Shown one piece after another: positions 1-10,346 of a DNA stretch of 64,000 nt. Position 1 is the stretch's first letter. Each line of letters starts with the position of its first letter. Made by a program: the position numbers and the translations under genes. Source of the DNA: Candidatus Thorarchaeota archaeon (GTDB taxonomy: Archaea > Asgardarchaeota > Thorarchaeia > Thorarchaeales > Thorarchaeaceae). Under the pieces are notes generated by a model that saw nothing but the letters and a program-made list of their open reading frames with translations, had not been told where the DNA came from and did not search any database. Location: contig JAGSHN010000005.1 in NCBI GenBank assembly GCA_029855935.1, positions 44,049-108,048 of the forward strand, written 5' to 3'.

Positions 1-78
1 TCGCTCACCCGACCTCTTGAAGGCATCCTCCGGAATCTGTGATCGCGCCCGTTCCAAGAGCTTCTCGTATTCGTCCAT
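1..78 (-). CDS. eif2b: Translation initiation factor aIF-2 beta, N-terminal part (runs off the window edge)
   Basis: Manual translation from ATG at 78 gives MDEYEKLLERARSQIPEDAFKRSGER, the typical aIF2-beta N-terminus (YExLLxRA...P...ER). Not in the ORF track. Confidence 0.75.
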   Translation of the reverse strand, partial: MDEYEKLLERARSQIPEDAFKRSGER

Positions 79-151
79 ACCGACTGACGGACCATGACCT
101 CTATTGAACCTTGCGACACAGCCATTCAGCAACTGAACGTCGCTGGGTCAA

Positions 152-862
152 CTACTCGCACCTGTAGACGCCGATGGGGTCCTCAATTATCGCACCATCA
201 TCAAGCAGATCCAGTATCTTCAGAGTGATGTCATTCTTGTCGAAGCCCTTCTCGACAAAGTAGGCGATGATCTCATCGTTGGGTACTGGCCCGCCACTCG
301 AACGGATGAATTCCAGTATCTGCTTGACAAGAGGGCCAGTCATGCCCGAGGAGCCCTTGGGCGAAGGGGCAGAAGACACCGACTCTTCAGCCGAGGGTGG
401 AGATGCAACAACGAGAGGTGGGCCCTCAACACCTCCCTCGGGCTCCGCGGGCTCGATACCAGTGAGACCGCTGCGCTCCAAGATTGTCCGCAGCCTCTCT
501 AGCTTGTGTAGAGTAAGATAGTTGGAGTTGGGAATGTCTCGGATAATCTCCGGCACGATATAGCGCTCCCCCTCGTACTCACGGACACGCCCCACTACAA
601 GAGCAAGACTGTATAGGTTCACTTGGGACAGCATCTCGGCCTCTGCTCCCCAGCCCTTGACTCGAATCGTTCCTGTGCCATCATCAAGCGTGAGGGTTGC
701 ATATTCACTGGAAGAGTAGTTGCCCACTACGAACCCGATCAATACGGCTCTCCGAATCTCTACACCATAGGGCGACACCACGCGAGGGCTGTCCTCCTCA
801 GAGTATTTCCCGTGGATTATATCTGATATGTCGCAGCGGATGGCGGTCATTCGTCTTCTCAT
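152..862 (-). CDS. Replication protein A subunit RPA32/RPA2-like (OB fold, linker, C-terminal winged helix)
   Basis: OB motif TLDDGTGTIRVKGW...VVGRVREYEGERYIVPE; Ser/Pro-rich linker; wH-like C-terminus ending EDPIGVYR. Confidence 0.8.
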   Translation of the reverse strand: MRRRMTAIRCDISDIIHGKYSEEDSPRVVSPYGVEIRRAVLIGFVVGNYSSSEYATLTLDDGTGTIRVKGWGAEAEMLSQVNLYSLALVVGRVREYEGERYIVPEIIRDIPNSNYLTLHKLERLRTILERSGLTGIEPAEPEGGVEGPPLVVASPPSAEESVSSAPSPKGSSGMTGPLVKQILEFIRSSGGPVPNDEIIAYFVEKGFDKNDITLKILDLLDDGAIIEDPIGVYRCE

Positions 863-959
863 AGATCAGCACACCACATCGGATCGGAGCTCGTAGACCG
901 AGTCACGTCCACACTCTCGTAGTTCGGCCCAGTTAAAAAACTTCGACATGGTGGCGCCC

Positions 960-1994
960 CTAGAAGAAGTCGGTCAGCGAGCTCTGTGCGCCGGACTCTG
1001 CCAGTTCCTGTAGTTTCTTCTCAAGGCGTTCAAGAGCAGACTGTACACGATTCTCACTAAAGTCGTGCTCCTGGCACAGAATCTTGAATATCTCAGTATC
1101 GTTAGGCGGATGCCAGTCCAGCTTTGGGACATCGGCCTCTGGAGGATCCAAGAATATCCTACGGATCTCCTGATACGGAAACTCCAACTTGATGCCCTTC
1201 TCCCGTTCAATCGTTTCAAGATTGCCGTACTGCTTTATGAGCTTCAATGCCGTCTTGGGACCAATTCCAGGCACTCGGTCGTTGTAGTCAGTCCCCACCA
1301 AGATGGCAATATCGACCAACTGCTCGCGTGTGATCCCCAGCGCACGAAGGTTAGACTCGAGCTCGATGAGTTCTGGGTATATCACCTTGTAGCTCTTCGA
1401 ACGTCCAGACCGTCTTCGTCCTGTGATTGACAGGTTGCGGACCATTCGGGGACAGTTGTAGAGTAGAGAGTCATTGTCTTGGCTCGCGCTCGCCCACGCT
1501 ACACCCGCACGTGTCATCTGAGCAGCCAGTGCCTCGCCCTCCGAGGGGGCCTGGACAACGGGTATGCCCATTGCCGTGAGAAGACTCTTGCTCTCTTCGA
1601 TCATCTCAGCCGACAGGCGCGAACTGGCCCGGGCCGCCTTTCTTGCGTCCTCCATACGCCCCTCCTCAAGAGCACGTCTCCACTCCTGTCGAGCCTCCTC
1701 TCTGATCTTGCGACGACGTTCCTTCTCAGGTTCCTTCAGCACTGGGGACTCTCCATCAAATACGTACACAGGTCGAATACCGTGTTCGAGAAAGTTGAGA
1801 TTGCGATAGAACAGGCCCGACAGATGACTAGTGACGCGACCCTGCCGGTCCATCAACGGGGTCCCATCGGGTTGGCGGATTGTTGACAGGAACTGGTACA
1901 ACGTGTTGAATGCGTCCACTGCAATTACCCGGTCCCGCAGGTCCTCGAGAGAGATTGTCTGAGCCGTGATTATGTCGCCCAGCTTTGTTCCCAA
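960..1994 (-). CDS. fen: Flap endonuclease 1
   Basis: DAFNTLYQFLSTIRQPDGTPL, APSEGEA, SQDNDSLL, GTDYN, GIGPKTA; C-terminal PIP box QSSLTDFF; TTG start. Confidence 0.97.
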   Translation of the reverse strand: MGTKLGDIITAQTISLEDLRDRVIAVDAFNTLYQFLSTIRQPDGTPLMDRQGRVTSHLSGLFYRNLNFLEHGIRPVYVFDGESPVLKEPEKERRRKIREEARQEWRRALEEGRMEDARKAARASSRLSAEMIEESKSLLTAMGIPVVQAPSEGEALAAQMTRAGVAWASASQDNDSLLYNCPRMVRNLSITGRRRSGRSKSYKVIYPELIELESNLRALGITREQLVDIAILVGTDYNDRVPGIGPKTALKLIKQYGNLETIEREKGIKLEFPYQEIRRIFLDPPEADVPKLDWHPPNDTEIFKILCQEHDFSENRVQSALERLEKKLQELAESGAQSSLTDFF

Positions 1995-2087
1995 AGTATC
2001 AGCCCCTTGGCCTGATGATGCACGACCGTGTCTACGGCGGTGTTCCCAGCAGTAGACAGTCGGTCAGATTCCGCATCCTTCGGTATG

Positions 2088-2095
2088 CTTATAAG
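2088..2095. promoter_or_regulatory. Palindromic TATA-like box in the divergent fen / Zn-ribbon intergenic region
   Basis: CTTATAAG is the main AT-rich motif between the two divergent starts. Confidence 0.35.
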
Positions 2096-2152
2096 ATTCA
2101 CACTTAGTGGGGGCCAAGACTCTCAGAAAAAGACACCCCTGGTGAGTATTTG

Positions 2153-2326
2153 TTGTCGATGCGCGCAATCCGATGTACGTCCTGTCACAGGTCGATATCG
2201 CCTCAGGAGGACAGTGTCAAGTTCGAGTGCCCCAACTGCGGAGCCTTCACAATAAGAAGATGTGAAACATGCCGCAAGTTCTCTGTCAAGTACAAGTGTC
2301 CAAACTGCGGATTTGAGGGGCCATAG
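2153..2326 (+). CDS. Small zinc-ribbon protein (DUF1610 / HVO_2753 family)
   Basis: Manual translation [57 protein letters not shown]: four CxxC pairs, GFEGP end, GGTGAG SD at 2141, conserved position upstream of EF-1beta. Below the ORF track cutoff. Confidence 0.9.
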   Translation: MSMRAIRCTSCHRSISPQEDSVKFECPNCGAFTIRRCETCRKFSVKYKCPNCGFEGP

Positions 2327-2372
2327 TGAGAATGAGATAGTCAGAGTCGATTCAAGATTGGAGTGAGGATAG

Positions 2373-2639
2373 ATGGCCAGAGTTGTAATGACGCTCAGGA
2401 TAATGCCCGAGGATGTCGATGTGGACTTGGAGGCGCTACTGGAGGAGATTAGGAGGAGGATGCCGGAAGGAACCGATGTCCGTGCGACAGAGATAGTGCC
2501 AGTCGCCTTTGGTCTCAAGGCTCTACGGATGAATGTTGCAAGGGAAGAGTCTATGGGAGGTCCAGATGACATAGAAGCCGCAATCTCGGTCATCAAGGGC
2601 GTGGGGCAGATAGAAGTCGAGAGAGTCTCTCGAATGTAG
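2373..2639 (+). CDS. ef1b: Elongation factor 1-beta
   Basis: LRIMPEDVDVDLEAL...PVAFGLKAL...GVGQIEVERVSR. Confidence 0.95.
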   Translation: MARVVMTLRIMPEDVDVDLEALLEEIRRRMPEGTDVRATEIVPVAFGLKALRMNVAREESMGGPDDIEAAISVIKGVGQIEVERVSRM

Positions 2640-2852
2640 GCTGTAGTCTGGGCAGACCAAATCATATCTCAGTGCTTATATTCGAAGACAGCGTAGGAGA
2701 GAACAGGGTCGGGCCGCAGTGTGGGCTTGACTGTCAACAGAGGTAGACTAATTAGATAACGTTGTGGCGACAGTGATGGTCAATGATAGCAATTGGGACG
2801 GTCAATCCTGCTTCTCAAGAAACATCAACATGCCGGAGGATGCGTATAGGCC

Positions 2853-5051
2853 GTGGTTGAGATTGTACTGAAGGTCGCAGAGGCCGAACACAGAGACATT
2901 GGACGCTTCATAGTAAGGATAGATGCCATCTCCATGGAGAAGCTCGGGATCAGGACAGGAGACATCATTCAGATCAAGGGAAAGAAGACGACCGCGGCCA
3001 TTGCATGGCCAGCCTACCAAGGTGACAAGGGTCGTGAGATAATAAGGATGGATGGCAGAATCCGGCGGAATGCTGGTGTCAGCCTTGGTGACAAGGTCGT
3101 TGTTTCCAGAGCCAATGAGGAGCCTGCACGCAGTGTGACACTGGCGCCAACATCTGTTCCGATACGACCGGAGCCACGTTTCGAGGAATTCGTGAAGAGG
3201 AAGCTGCTGAACTGTCCCGTCACCGTCGGAGATACTGTATATATTCCAATCTTGGGTAGGGCCATTCCATTCAAAGTGACAGAGGTAAAACCCAGTGGCA
3301 CGGTCCTCGTTCAGCACTCGACAATGTTGACGATTGCAGAGAAGCCCACAGGGGAAACGACAACAGCTGCGCAGGTGACATACGAGGAGATTGGTGGACT
3401 CGATGAGGCCATCCAGCGAATCAGGGAGATGGTCGAACTCCCGATGAGGCATCCGGAGATCTTCAAGAGGCTAGGAATAGACCCGCCACGAGGCCTCATT
3501 CTGCACGGTCCCCCGGGCACTGGCAAGACACTACTTGCCAAGGCGGTTGCAAGCGAGTCCGAGGCCAACTTCATCCACATCAACGGGCCCGAGATAATGT
3601 CCAAGTTCTATGGTGAGTCGGAGCAGAAGTTGAGGAAGATCTTCGAGGAGGCAGAGGAGAACGCACCGAGCATCATATTCATCGATGAACTCGATGCCAT
3701 CGCCCCGAAGCGCGAAGATGTGCAGGGAGAGGTGGAGCGACGCGTAGTTGCTCAGCTGCTCGCCACAATGGACGGTCTCAAGTCACGAGGACAGGTCGTG
3801 GTGATAGGCGCTACCAACAGAATCAATGCTCTCGATCCTGCGCTCAGACGACCAGGACGCTTCGACCGCGAGATTGAGATAGGAGTACCCGACGAAACCG
3901 GTCGACTGGAGATTCTGCAGATCCACTCGAGGGGGATGCCACTGACCAAGGAGGGCCCCAAGAAGGTCGATCTCAATCACCTTGCGAAGATCACTCACGG
4001 ATTTGTGGGAGCTGACCTGCAGGCGCTGTGCCGTGAGGCAGCTATGAAGGCTCTGCGAAGATACCTTCCCGAGATGGACCTCGACCAAGAGGAGATACCC
4101 CAGGAAGTACTGGACAAGATGGAGGTGAATGCAGAAGACTTTCAGAATGCCCTCCGCGAGATACAACCATCTGCAGTACGAGAGGTGTTCATAGAGGTCC
4201 CGAATGTCCACTGGGATGACATCGGGGGACTTGAGGATGTCAAACAGCAACTGATAGAGGTCGTCGAATGGCCTCTAAAGAAGCCCGAGGCGTTCAAACG
4301 CATTGGGATAACCCCGCCAAAGGGAGTTCTCATCTTTGGTCCGCCGGGTTGCGGTAAGACCCTACTGGCCAAGGCGGTGGCCACAGAGAGCGAGGCCAAC
4401 TTCATCAGTGTCAAGGGTCCAGAACTGCTGTCCAAGTGGGTTGGAGAGAGCGAGAAGGCAGTCCGAGAGATCTTCCGGAAAGCGAGAACCGCAGCACCCG
4501 CAGTGATATTCTTTGATGAGATTGATGCGATTGCACCGACCAGAGGCGGACGCGCTGGCGACAGTCATGTCACTGAACGGGTCATAAGTCAGATTCTCAC
4601 CGAGATGGATGGCCTTGAGGCGATGAAGGACGTTCTTGTTCTCGCCGCCACCAACAGGCCTGACCTTGTCGACCCCGCACTACTGCGGACGGGACGCTTT
4701 GACAGGCTCGTATATGTTGGAGTCCCAGACGCACAGGGGCGCAGGGAGATTTTCAAGATATATACCGCCAACATGCCTCTGGATGACGACGTCGATATGG
4801 ATAGGCTTGTTGCGGAAACAGAGCTCTTTGTCGGCGGAGACATAGAGGCGCTCTGCCGAGAGGCGGGAATGCGTGCACTGCGGGAGGACATGAATATCGA
4901 GAAGGTCTCGTGGCGGCACTTCGAGGCGGCGCTGAAGGTAATCCACTCGTCCGTCAGACCACAGGACCTAGAGCGCTATGAGCGGATGAACGAAGAGCTC
5001 AGGAAATCCGCCGTCGCTAGTACGACGGCTGAGCCCCCAGCCTACATCTAG
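2853..5051 (+). CDS. cdc48: Cdc48/VCP AAA+ ATPase
   Basis: N-domain plus two AAA modules ([16 protein letters not shown]; FIDELD, FFDEID; RRPGRFDR); C-terminal HbYX-like AYI. Confidence 0.97.
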   Translation: MVEIVLKVAEAEHRDIGRFIVRIDAISMEKLGIRTGDIIQIKGKKTTAAIAWPAYQGDKGREIIRMDGRIRRNAGVSLGDKVVVSRANEEPARSVTLAPTSVPIRPEPRFEEFVKRKLLNCPVTVGDTVYIPILGRAIPFKVTEVKPSGTVLVQHSTMLTIAEKPTGETTTAAQVTYEEIGGLDEAIQRIREMVELPMRHPEIFKRLGIDPPRGLILHGPPGTGKTLLAKAVASESEANFIHINGPEIMSKFYGESEQKLRKIFEEAEENAPSIIFIDELDAIAPKREDVQGEVERRVVAQLLATMDGLKSRGQVVVIGATNRINALDPALRRPGRFDREIEIGVPDETGRLEILQIHSRGMPLTKEGPKKVDLNHLAKITHGFVGADLQALCREAAMKALRRYLPEMDLDQEEIPQEVLDKMEVNAEDFQNALREIQPSAVREVFIEVPNVHWDDIGGLEDVKQQLIEVVEWPLKKPEAFKRIGITPPKGVLIFGPPGCGKTLLAKAVATESEANFISVKGPELLSKWVGESEKAVREIFRKARTAAPAVIFFDEIDAIAPTRGGRAGDSHVTERVISQILTEMDGLEAMKDVLVLAATNRPDLVDPALLRTGRFDRLVYVGVPDAQGRREIFKIYTANMPLDDDVDMDRLVAETELFVGGDIEALCREAGMRALREDMNIEKVSWRHFEAALKVIHSSVRPQDLERYERMNEELRKSAVASTTAEPPAYI

Positions 5052-5074
5052 TAAAGTACAGGAGGACGAGAACA

Positions 5075-5335
5075 GTGATAGCGTGGAATGTACTCCCTCT
5101 TAGAACCGTCATAATGAATATTCTGAGAAAGCGACGCGGCGTCATGCTTGATGACGAGCTGGAGAGGGCCATCAAGAAGGAGATTGGGCGTCATCCAACA
5201 GATGCGGAACTGAACGATGCGCTGATGCAGTTGGAGATCAACGGCCTGATCCACGTCAGCCAGATCACCAAGACCAAACGGAGAATCGAGATGATAGAAG
5301 AGGGAACTGAATTTCTCGCCGTCGATGAGGACTGA
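5075..5335 (+). CDS. Small conserved winged-helix-like protein
   Basis: Directly downstream of cdc48; ELNDALMQLEINGLIHVSQ helix-wing pattern. Confidence 0.6.
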   Translation: MIAWNVLPLRTVIMNILRKRRGVMLDDELERAIKKEIGRHPTDAELNDALMQLEINGLIHVSQITKTKRRIEMIEEGTEFLAVDED

Positions 5336-5370
5336 GCTAGCTGGCTATTAGCAGATGAAGGTCGCATCCA

Positions 5371-5832
5371 ATGGCAGGGAAGAGAGTACTGGCAGCAGGC
5401 AAGTTTGACATCCTTCACCTTGGACATATCGCATATCTTGAGCAGGCAAGAGAGCTTGCAGGGGAGGATGGCGAACTAATAGTGGTGGTGGCCCGTGACA
5501 CGACAATCCTCCGAGAGAGAGGCGCCCCGCCAGTCTTCCCACAGGAGCAGCGAAGACGCATAATAGCGTCGCTCAAGATGGTCGACGAGGCCGTGATAGG
5601 CTATGATACGACAGACCGCACAAAGATAGTGGCCGACTACCAACCCGACATAATTGCGCTGGGCTATGATCAGGAGATAGATATAGAACAACTCTCCCTC
5701 GAGCTCGAACGACGGGGCCTGAGGACCAAGATTGTAAGACTTGAGCGCAAGGATGCAGACGGCCTCTCTTCATCGACCACTATTAGAAGACGCATCATAG
5801 AGTACTACAAGAATAACGGCACCGTCAGATAG
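5371..5832 (+). CDS. ribL: FAD synthase (cytidylyltransferase family)
   Basis: GKFDILHLGH (HxGH), VVARD, PDIIALGYDQ, SSTTIR. Confidence 0.85.
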   Translation: MAGKRVLAAGKFDILHLGHIAYLEQARELAGEDGELIVVVARDTTILRERGAPPVFPQEQRRRIIASLKMVDEAVIGYDTTDRTKIVADYQPDIIALGYDQEIDIEQLSLELERRGLRTKIVRLERKDADGLSSSTTIRRRIIEYYKNNGTVR

Positions 5833-5833
5833 T

Positions 5834-7192
5834 TCATATGACCAGCTCGCCGCGTTCCTCCGCCTCTCTAATCAGACGAAGTCTCTTCTCTCTTCTCTCA
5901 ATGGCCTTTTTCCAGAGAACATAAGCGAGCCCGGTGAACCCAATTATGGCGGTCAGTCCAAAGAGAGAATACCATCCTGGGACAAAGTGGCTGGTAAAGT
6001 CAGGTAGCGGGCCCGTGATGAAGTAGGGCCAATTGCAGGCCACCCCTAGCGTGTACAGCAGTCCGACCACCGTCATCTCTCTCAAATAGCCGGATGCCTG
6101 TTCGTCCTTTTTGAACAACAACACTGCAGGACCTAGCCAGAATAGGTACCATGGCATCACCCAACGAAATGCAAATAGTGCCCCAGGGAGAAGATATAGA
6201 TAGAGAGGGACCATCAGCCCGAGCTTCTCTCTGATAGTGGCCTTCGTGAATTCCTCGCGCTTTGGAAGGTACCGATGAATAGTGAGTAGCATAAAGGCGA
6301 CATAGATCGTCAGCGGAATGAACCCGGGGGGCCAGAAGTAGTACTGGACGGGATCGGTGGTGAAGTCAGGCGTCGCCAGACCAAGTCCCGGGAACAGGGG
6401 GTTGACAATGTATGAACTGTACTCGGAGGTGTTGAGAAAGTGATTGACAAGTGAGCTGAAGTTTACCCCAAGCAACGTCAGTGGGATGACCGTGAGTAAC
6501 ATGGATATGAAGAACCATATGGCTGCAGTTGGAGCCTCGAGGAATAGAATTGGAAAGAAGACGGCGGGGTAGATCTTCGTCTGAACCGACAGACCCAATG
6601 TGAACATCGACTTTCCATACTGTTTCTCCTGACGCAGTACTAGCGACATCAGAAGTAGACAGTCCACTATCGGTTCCAGCTTTCCGCCCCCGGCAGACAT
6701 TATGAGCCCATAGATGAAGTAGCCCCCAAAGAATAGTCGAGCCCATCTTGAGTAGTAGATCTTGTCCCCAAGCAGTATCGCCACTAGAACAAGGTTGAGA
6801 TTGAAGGTCAATACCAACAGGAAGTTCAGCCATAGTGGTTGAAGGTCGTTCACACCCGGGAACAACCACGTGGCGATTGCAAAGAATATGAGACCAAAGA
6901 CAGGATATTCGTACTTGACATTGCCTAGGTAGCTGGGAAGCACATGCAGGCCATCGTTAAACCCCCACTCTGGTGGTAGCGACTCGGCCAGCTCTTGGTC
7001 GGTCATATTGTACACGCCAAAGCCGTAGATCCAGAATGCCTCACCGTACATCTCGTTCCTGTTCCGGTCACGCTGAATCACAATCATGTTGGCAAAGGGA
7101 ATCGCTACGATAGATATGACAAGACTGAGAACGAGATAACGCCGCATCTCATAAATCTTGAAGGAGATAGCACGAAGCATTCGGTGGACCAC
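5834..7192 (-). CDS. Polytopic GT-C glycosyltransferase (GT87 / PIG-M-like)
   Basis: Many TM segments with EYP, TKIYP and PWYLFW motifs. Confidence 0.6.
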   Translation of the reverse strand: MVHRMLRAISFKIYEMRRYLVLSLVISIVAIPFANMIVIQRDRNRNEMYGEAFWIYGFGVYNMTDQELAESLPPEWGFNDGLHVLPSYLGNVKYEYPVFGLIFFAIATWLFPGVNDLQPLWLNFLLVLTFNLNLVLVAILLGDKIYYSRWARLFFGGYFIYGLIMSAGGGKLEPIVDCLLLMSLVLRQEKQYGKSMFTLGLSVQTKIYPAVFFPILFLEAPTAAIWFFISMLLTVIPLTLLGVNFSSLVNHFLNTSEYSSYIVNPLFPGLGLATPDFTTDPVQYYFWPPGFIPLTIYVAFMLLTIHRYLPKREEFTKATIREKLGLMVPLYLYLLPGALFAFRWVMPWYLFWLGPAVLLFKKDEQASGYLREMTVVGLLYTLGVACNWPYFITGPLPDFTSHFVPGWYSLFGLTAIIGFTGLAYVLWKKAIERREKRLRLIREAEERGELVI

Positions 7193-7285
7193 CTAGTAGC
7201 GTAGCGCCTAGCGCTGTCACAAGGGCCGTGATAATTAAGGTTTCGTAACATATGGGCCACAGACATCAGGACCTGACAGCCATTC

Positions 7286-9247
7286 TCACTGCAGATAGGT
7301 CGGGCAGGGGAAGGTATCGCACTGCAGACAATGCGTGCACCGTTTGGAGTCTACTGCAATCTTACCATCTGGGCCCAGATAGAGAGCATTATGAGGGCAC
7401 TGCGGAACACAAGACCCACAGCCCTGACAGAAGAGGGCCCGCCGAACCGCACGCTCGACCGGAGTGACAAGTTTCCGAACGGTCTGCTCATCAGGGCCAC
7501 GTATTGTGAGAGAACCAGAGCTGAACAGAACAATGCTCGTCTTGTCAGTTGCAATACGGACACCGCCAAGCGACTCTGATACGCTGAGTCGTCCGAATAT
7601 CGGGAGGAGTCTACGAACTCGCTCGATGTCAACACTGGAGGAGAACTGTCCCTCCACACTGAATCCCGCGGAAACGCATGGCGAGACCCCCTTCACAATC
7701 CTAAGGCTCAGCATTTCCGTGGGGGCATCTCTCACGGGTCTGAGAGAGAGCCCCAGTCGCTCGGCAAGTTCGCGTTGGGCTGGAGGCAGATGCTTCCATC
7801 GCCAGAACCCGAGCGTTGCCCACTCTCGGGGAAGACCCTGCTTCTCGGCCCAGTCCAACAGAAAGTTATGCCAGCGGGCATAGAGGCCCGGATGAGTGAC
7901 CTTGAGCGACTCCAGCTCTGCCATCGACGAGGCTGGACATAGGTAACATCCCATTCGATGATATCCGCGCTCGTAGAGCGGGTTGAACGACACGCCCTCC
8001 CGAAATATGTACAACCACACCTCAAGGGCATTCCAGTTCTGAATCGGGTTGGCAGAAGTCTGTCCCGGCACCCACGGATTGGATGTGACACGAGGCTCCA
8101 TAGAACGCTGAAACGACTCCAGACGCCGTTGCCCCAGAAATGCCAGTGTGCGTCCCCCCATCTTCTCGGCAATTGCGGTGGCGGCCGGGCCAAGCTTTAG
8201 GACCTTACAGCACCACCGGAAGTCGCGTGCAGGGGGACCAAATGAATCAAGAGATCTCCAGAAACGACCACCAGCCTTCTCGCCGATTATCTCGACACCG
8301 TGCTCCCGTGCTATGCTCCTCACATACTCCACAGTCTCTGGAAGCTCTAGTCCTGTGTCCATGAAGAACATTGGCGGACTGCGGCCCAGTGCCTTCTCCA
8401 CAAGCAGATATGTTACAAGAGAGTCCTTCCCCCCACTGAAACCTACGACCACAGGAAGGGAGTGACGCTCCACCGTGGAGCGAATGAATTGTATTGCCTC
8501 GGCCTCAATCATCTCAAGGTCGGCCCGGTTCGCCTCCACAGCATCAGCCCAGCTACTGGAGCGGTCGTTGATTGAGGGAGGCTGGGACTCTGCCGACAAC
8601 CGCACCTTCACGGCCACACCTCTTCGCTCATTCTGCATAGACCGACCGCTCATCCGTGCGATGCCGGTTCCGAGGACTTCGTCTTGGGGGCCGAGTATGT
8701 ATACCTCATCGCCCGGCTCTATGGCGGGGTCACAGTCAGACACACCCGGTACGAGCAGACTGCCACCATTCTTGAGATATGGAATCACATCCTCGTGGCA
8801 CCTCACCCAACTCTTTCTGCTGAAACGAGCAACACGCCTCGCGCCCTCTAGGGACAGCAGGAAGTTGTAACAAAGACGAGGGATGTCAAAGCGTAGCCTG
8901 CCGACGATATGACCATCGACAACTACCTCGAACATTGCATCGATAGCCGATACTTTGTTCAACACAATCGTCTTGTTCCGCGGAAAGAGCTTCTCGCCTA
9001 CGCCAGGCCCGAACTGCCTGTCGACAGCACCAACCATCTGGACGCGATGACCATCCATTGCTGGAAAGCTGTCGCCAGGTGGCGAGATTGGTACACGGCG
9101 AGGAGGCTGTCCGCACACGCTGCAGAGGGTTTCACGGACTCGCGGTACGTTACATGTGTCACACCAGAAGAGGCGAATCTTGCCTAGGTAGGGGGCGTGG
9201 CCCCGCCTGAACTTCTTGCGCCTCCTGCGTACATGGCCAGTCCCCAG
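7286..9247 (-). CDS. PAPS-reductase-family protein with N-terminal Zn ribbon, PUA domain and C-terminal 4Fe-4S ferredoxin
   Basis: FSGGKDS PP-loop, RWCCKVLK, RMGCYLCP, CQGCGSCVPQCP. The frame stays open 43 codons upstream of the track start (PYLGKIRLFWCDTCNVP), back to a CTG at 9247. Confidence 0.85.
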   Translation of the reverse strand: MGTGHVRRRRKKFRRGHAPYLGKIRLFWCDTCNVPRVRETLCSVCGQPPRRVPISPPGDSFPAMDGHRVQMVGAVDRQFGPGVGEKLFPRNKTIVLNKVSAIDAMFEVVVDGHIVGRLRFDIPRLCYNFLLSLEGARRVARFSRKSWVRCHEDVIPYLKNGGSLLVPGVSDCDPAIEPGDEVYILGPQDEVLGTGIARMSGRSMQNERRGVAVKVRLSAESQPPSINDRSSSWADAVEANRADLEMIEAEAIQFIRSTVERHSLPVVVGFSGGKDSLVTYLLVEKALGRSPPMFFMDTGLELPETVEYVRSIAREHGVEIIGEKAGGRFWRSLDSFGPPARDFRWCCKVLKLGPAATAIAEKMGGRTLAFLGQRRLESFQRSMEPRVTSNPWVPGQTSANPIQNWNALEVWLYIFREGVSFNPLYERGYHRMGCYLCPASSMAELESLKVTHPGLYARWHNFLLDWAEKQGLPREWATLGFWRWKHLPPAQRELAERLGLSLRPVRDAPTEMLSLRIVKGVSPCVSAGFSVEGQFSSSVDIERVRRLLPIFGRLSVSESLGGVRIATDKTSIVLFSSGSLTIRGPDEQTVRKLVTPVERAVRRALFCQGCGSCVPQCPHNALYLGPDGKIAVDSKRCTHCLQCDTFPCPTYLQ

Positions 9248-9269
9248 GGCTTATCCACTCCATGCCTGC

Positions 9270-9935
9270 TCAGGTTTTGAATCCCGATATGATCTGGACG
9301 CCTCTGCTGGCACCAATACGAGTGGCGCCCGCCTCGATCATAGAGATGGCGTCCTCCAGAGTGCGAATCCCACCTGCAGCCTTGACACCCAGATGATTGC
9401 CTACAACACTTCGCATCAGTCGCACGTCCTCCACCGTTGCACCACGAGGACCAAATCCAGTAGATGTCTTGACAAAGTGCGCACCAGCCTCCTCAGCAAG
9501 GCTGCAGCCCAGCCTGACCTCCTCTGTTGTCAGATAGCCGGTTTCGAGAATCACCTTCACCGTGTTTCCCTCTGCAGCATCGACAACGGAAACGATGTCA
9601 TTCCTCACGTCGTCTGTCTGGCCCGCCTTGAGGAAACCAATGTTGATCACCATGTCAATCTCAGTGGCACCATCACTGACCGCGGTCTGTGTCTCCAAGG
9701 CCTTTGCTCTGCTGCTCATAGCGCCCAGCGGGAAACCCACAACACTACAGACCGCTACGTTCTCCCCCTCAAGGAGTGTGCTTGCCAACCTCACGTAGCA
9801 GCTGTTCACGCACACAGCGCCGAATGAGAACTCGACTGCCTCGGAGCAGAGCTCCCGAATCCTGTCCGGGGTCGCAGTGGGTTTCAGCTCAGTGTGATCA
9901 ATCATCCTTGCAAGTTCGTTTCGCGTTATCTTCAC
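9270..9935 (-). CDS. deoC: Deoxyribose-phosphate aldolase
   Basis: IDHTELK, VVGFPLG, KVILET, FVKTSTGF, GVKAAGGIR, RIGAS. Confidence 0.97.
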   Translation of the reverse strand: MKITRNELARMIDHTELKPTATPDRIRELCSEAVEFSFGAVCVNSCYVRLASTLLEGENVAVCSVVGFPLGAMSSRAKALETQTAVSDGATEIDMVINIGFLKAGQTDDVRNDIVSVVDAAEGNTVKVILETGYLTTEEVRLGCSLAEEAGAHFVKTSTGFGPRGATVEDVRLMRSVVGNHLGVKAAGGIRTLEDAISMIEAGATRIGASRGVQIISGFKT

Positions 9936-10007
9936 AGCGAGAGCACCGGGTGCTGTGCCTCGCCACCACTATTAACCGCTTCGAAACGTACCAGCGGTAT
10001 GACTCAC

Positions 10008-10346
10008 TCATCGTCCGCCGAGATAACTCCGGATGTCGTCCATCACCTCTTTCTGTAGTCGAATGACATCGTGAACCTCGATCTCTTCTGCATCCTTGAC
10101 CACGGAGTTGAGCTGGACGACTGTGCCGACAGTTTCAACCTTCGAGAAGTCAACGGGAAACTCCACCTCGGCCCCTTTCACAATGAGCTCGGACCTTGTG
10201 GGATGAAGACCTATCCGAACACTGCGGACAATTCCTATGCGGCGGGCCCTACTGTCCAGTACCTCCTTGCCAATCAGTCTTCCTGGCATGGTGAGTTCAT
10301 AGAGTTCGGCTTCAATGCTCGGTATGGTGTCCTCTTTGGCCGTCAT
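10008..10346 (-). CDS. PRC-barrel domain protein
   Basis: LIGKEVLDSRARRIGIV...FSKVETVGTVVQL pattern. Confidence 0.75.
   Translation of the reverse strand: MTAKEDTIPSIEAELYELTMPGRLIGKEVLDSRARRIGIVRSVRIGLHPTRSELIVKGAEVEFPVDFSKVETVGTVVQLNSVVKDAEEIEVHDVIRLQKEVMDDIRSYLGGR

Noticed and set aside
2123-2665. 180-aa minus-strand ORF
   Set aside because: Antisense to the DUF1610 and EF-1beta genes.
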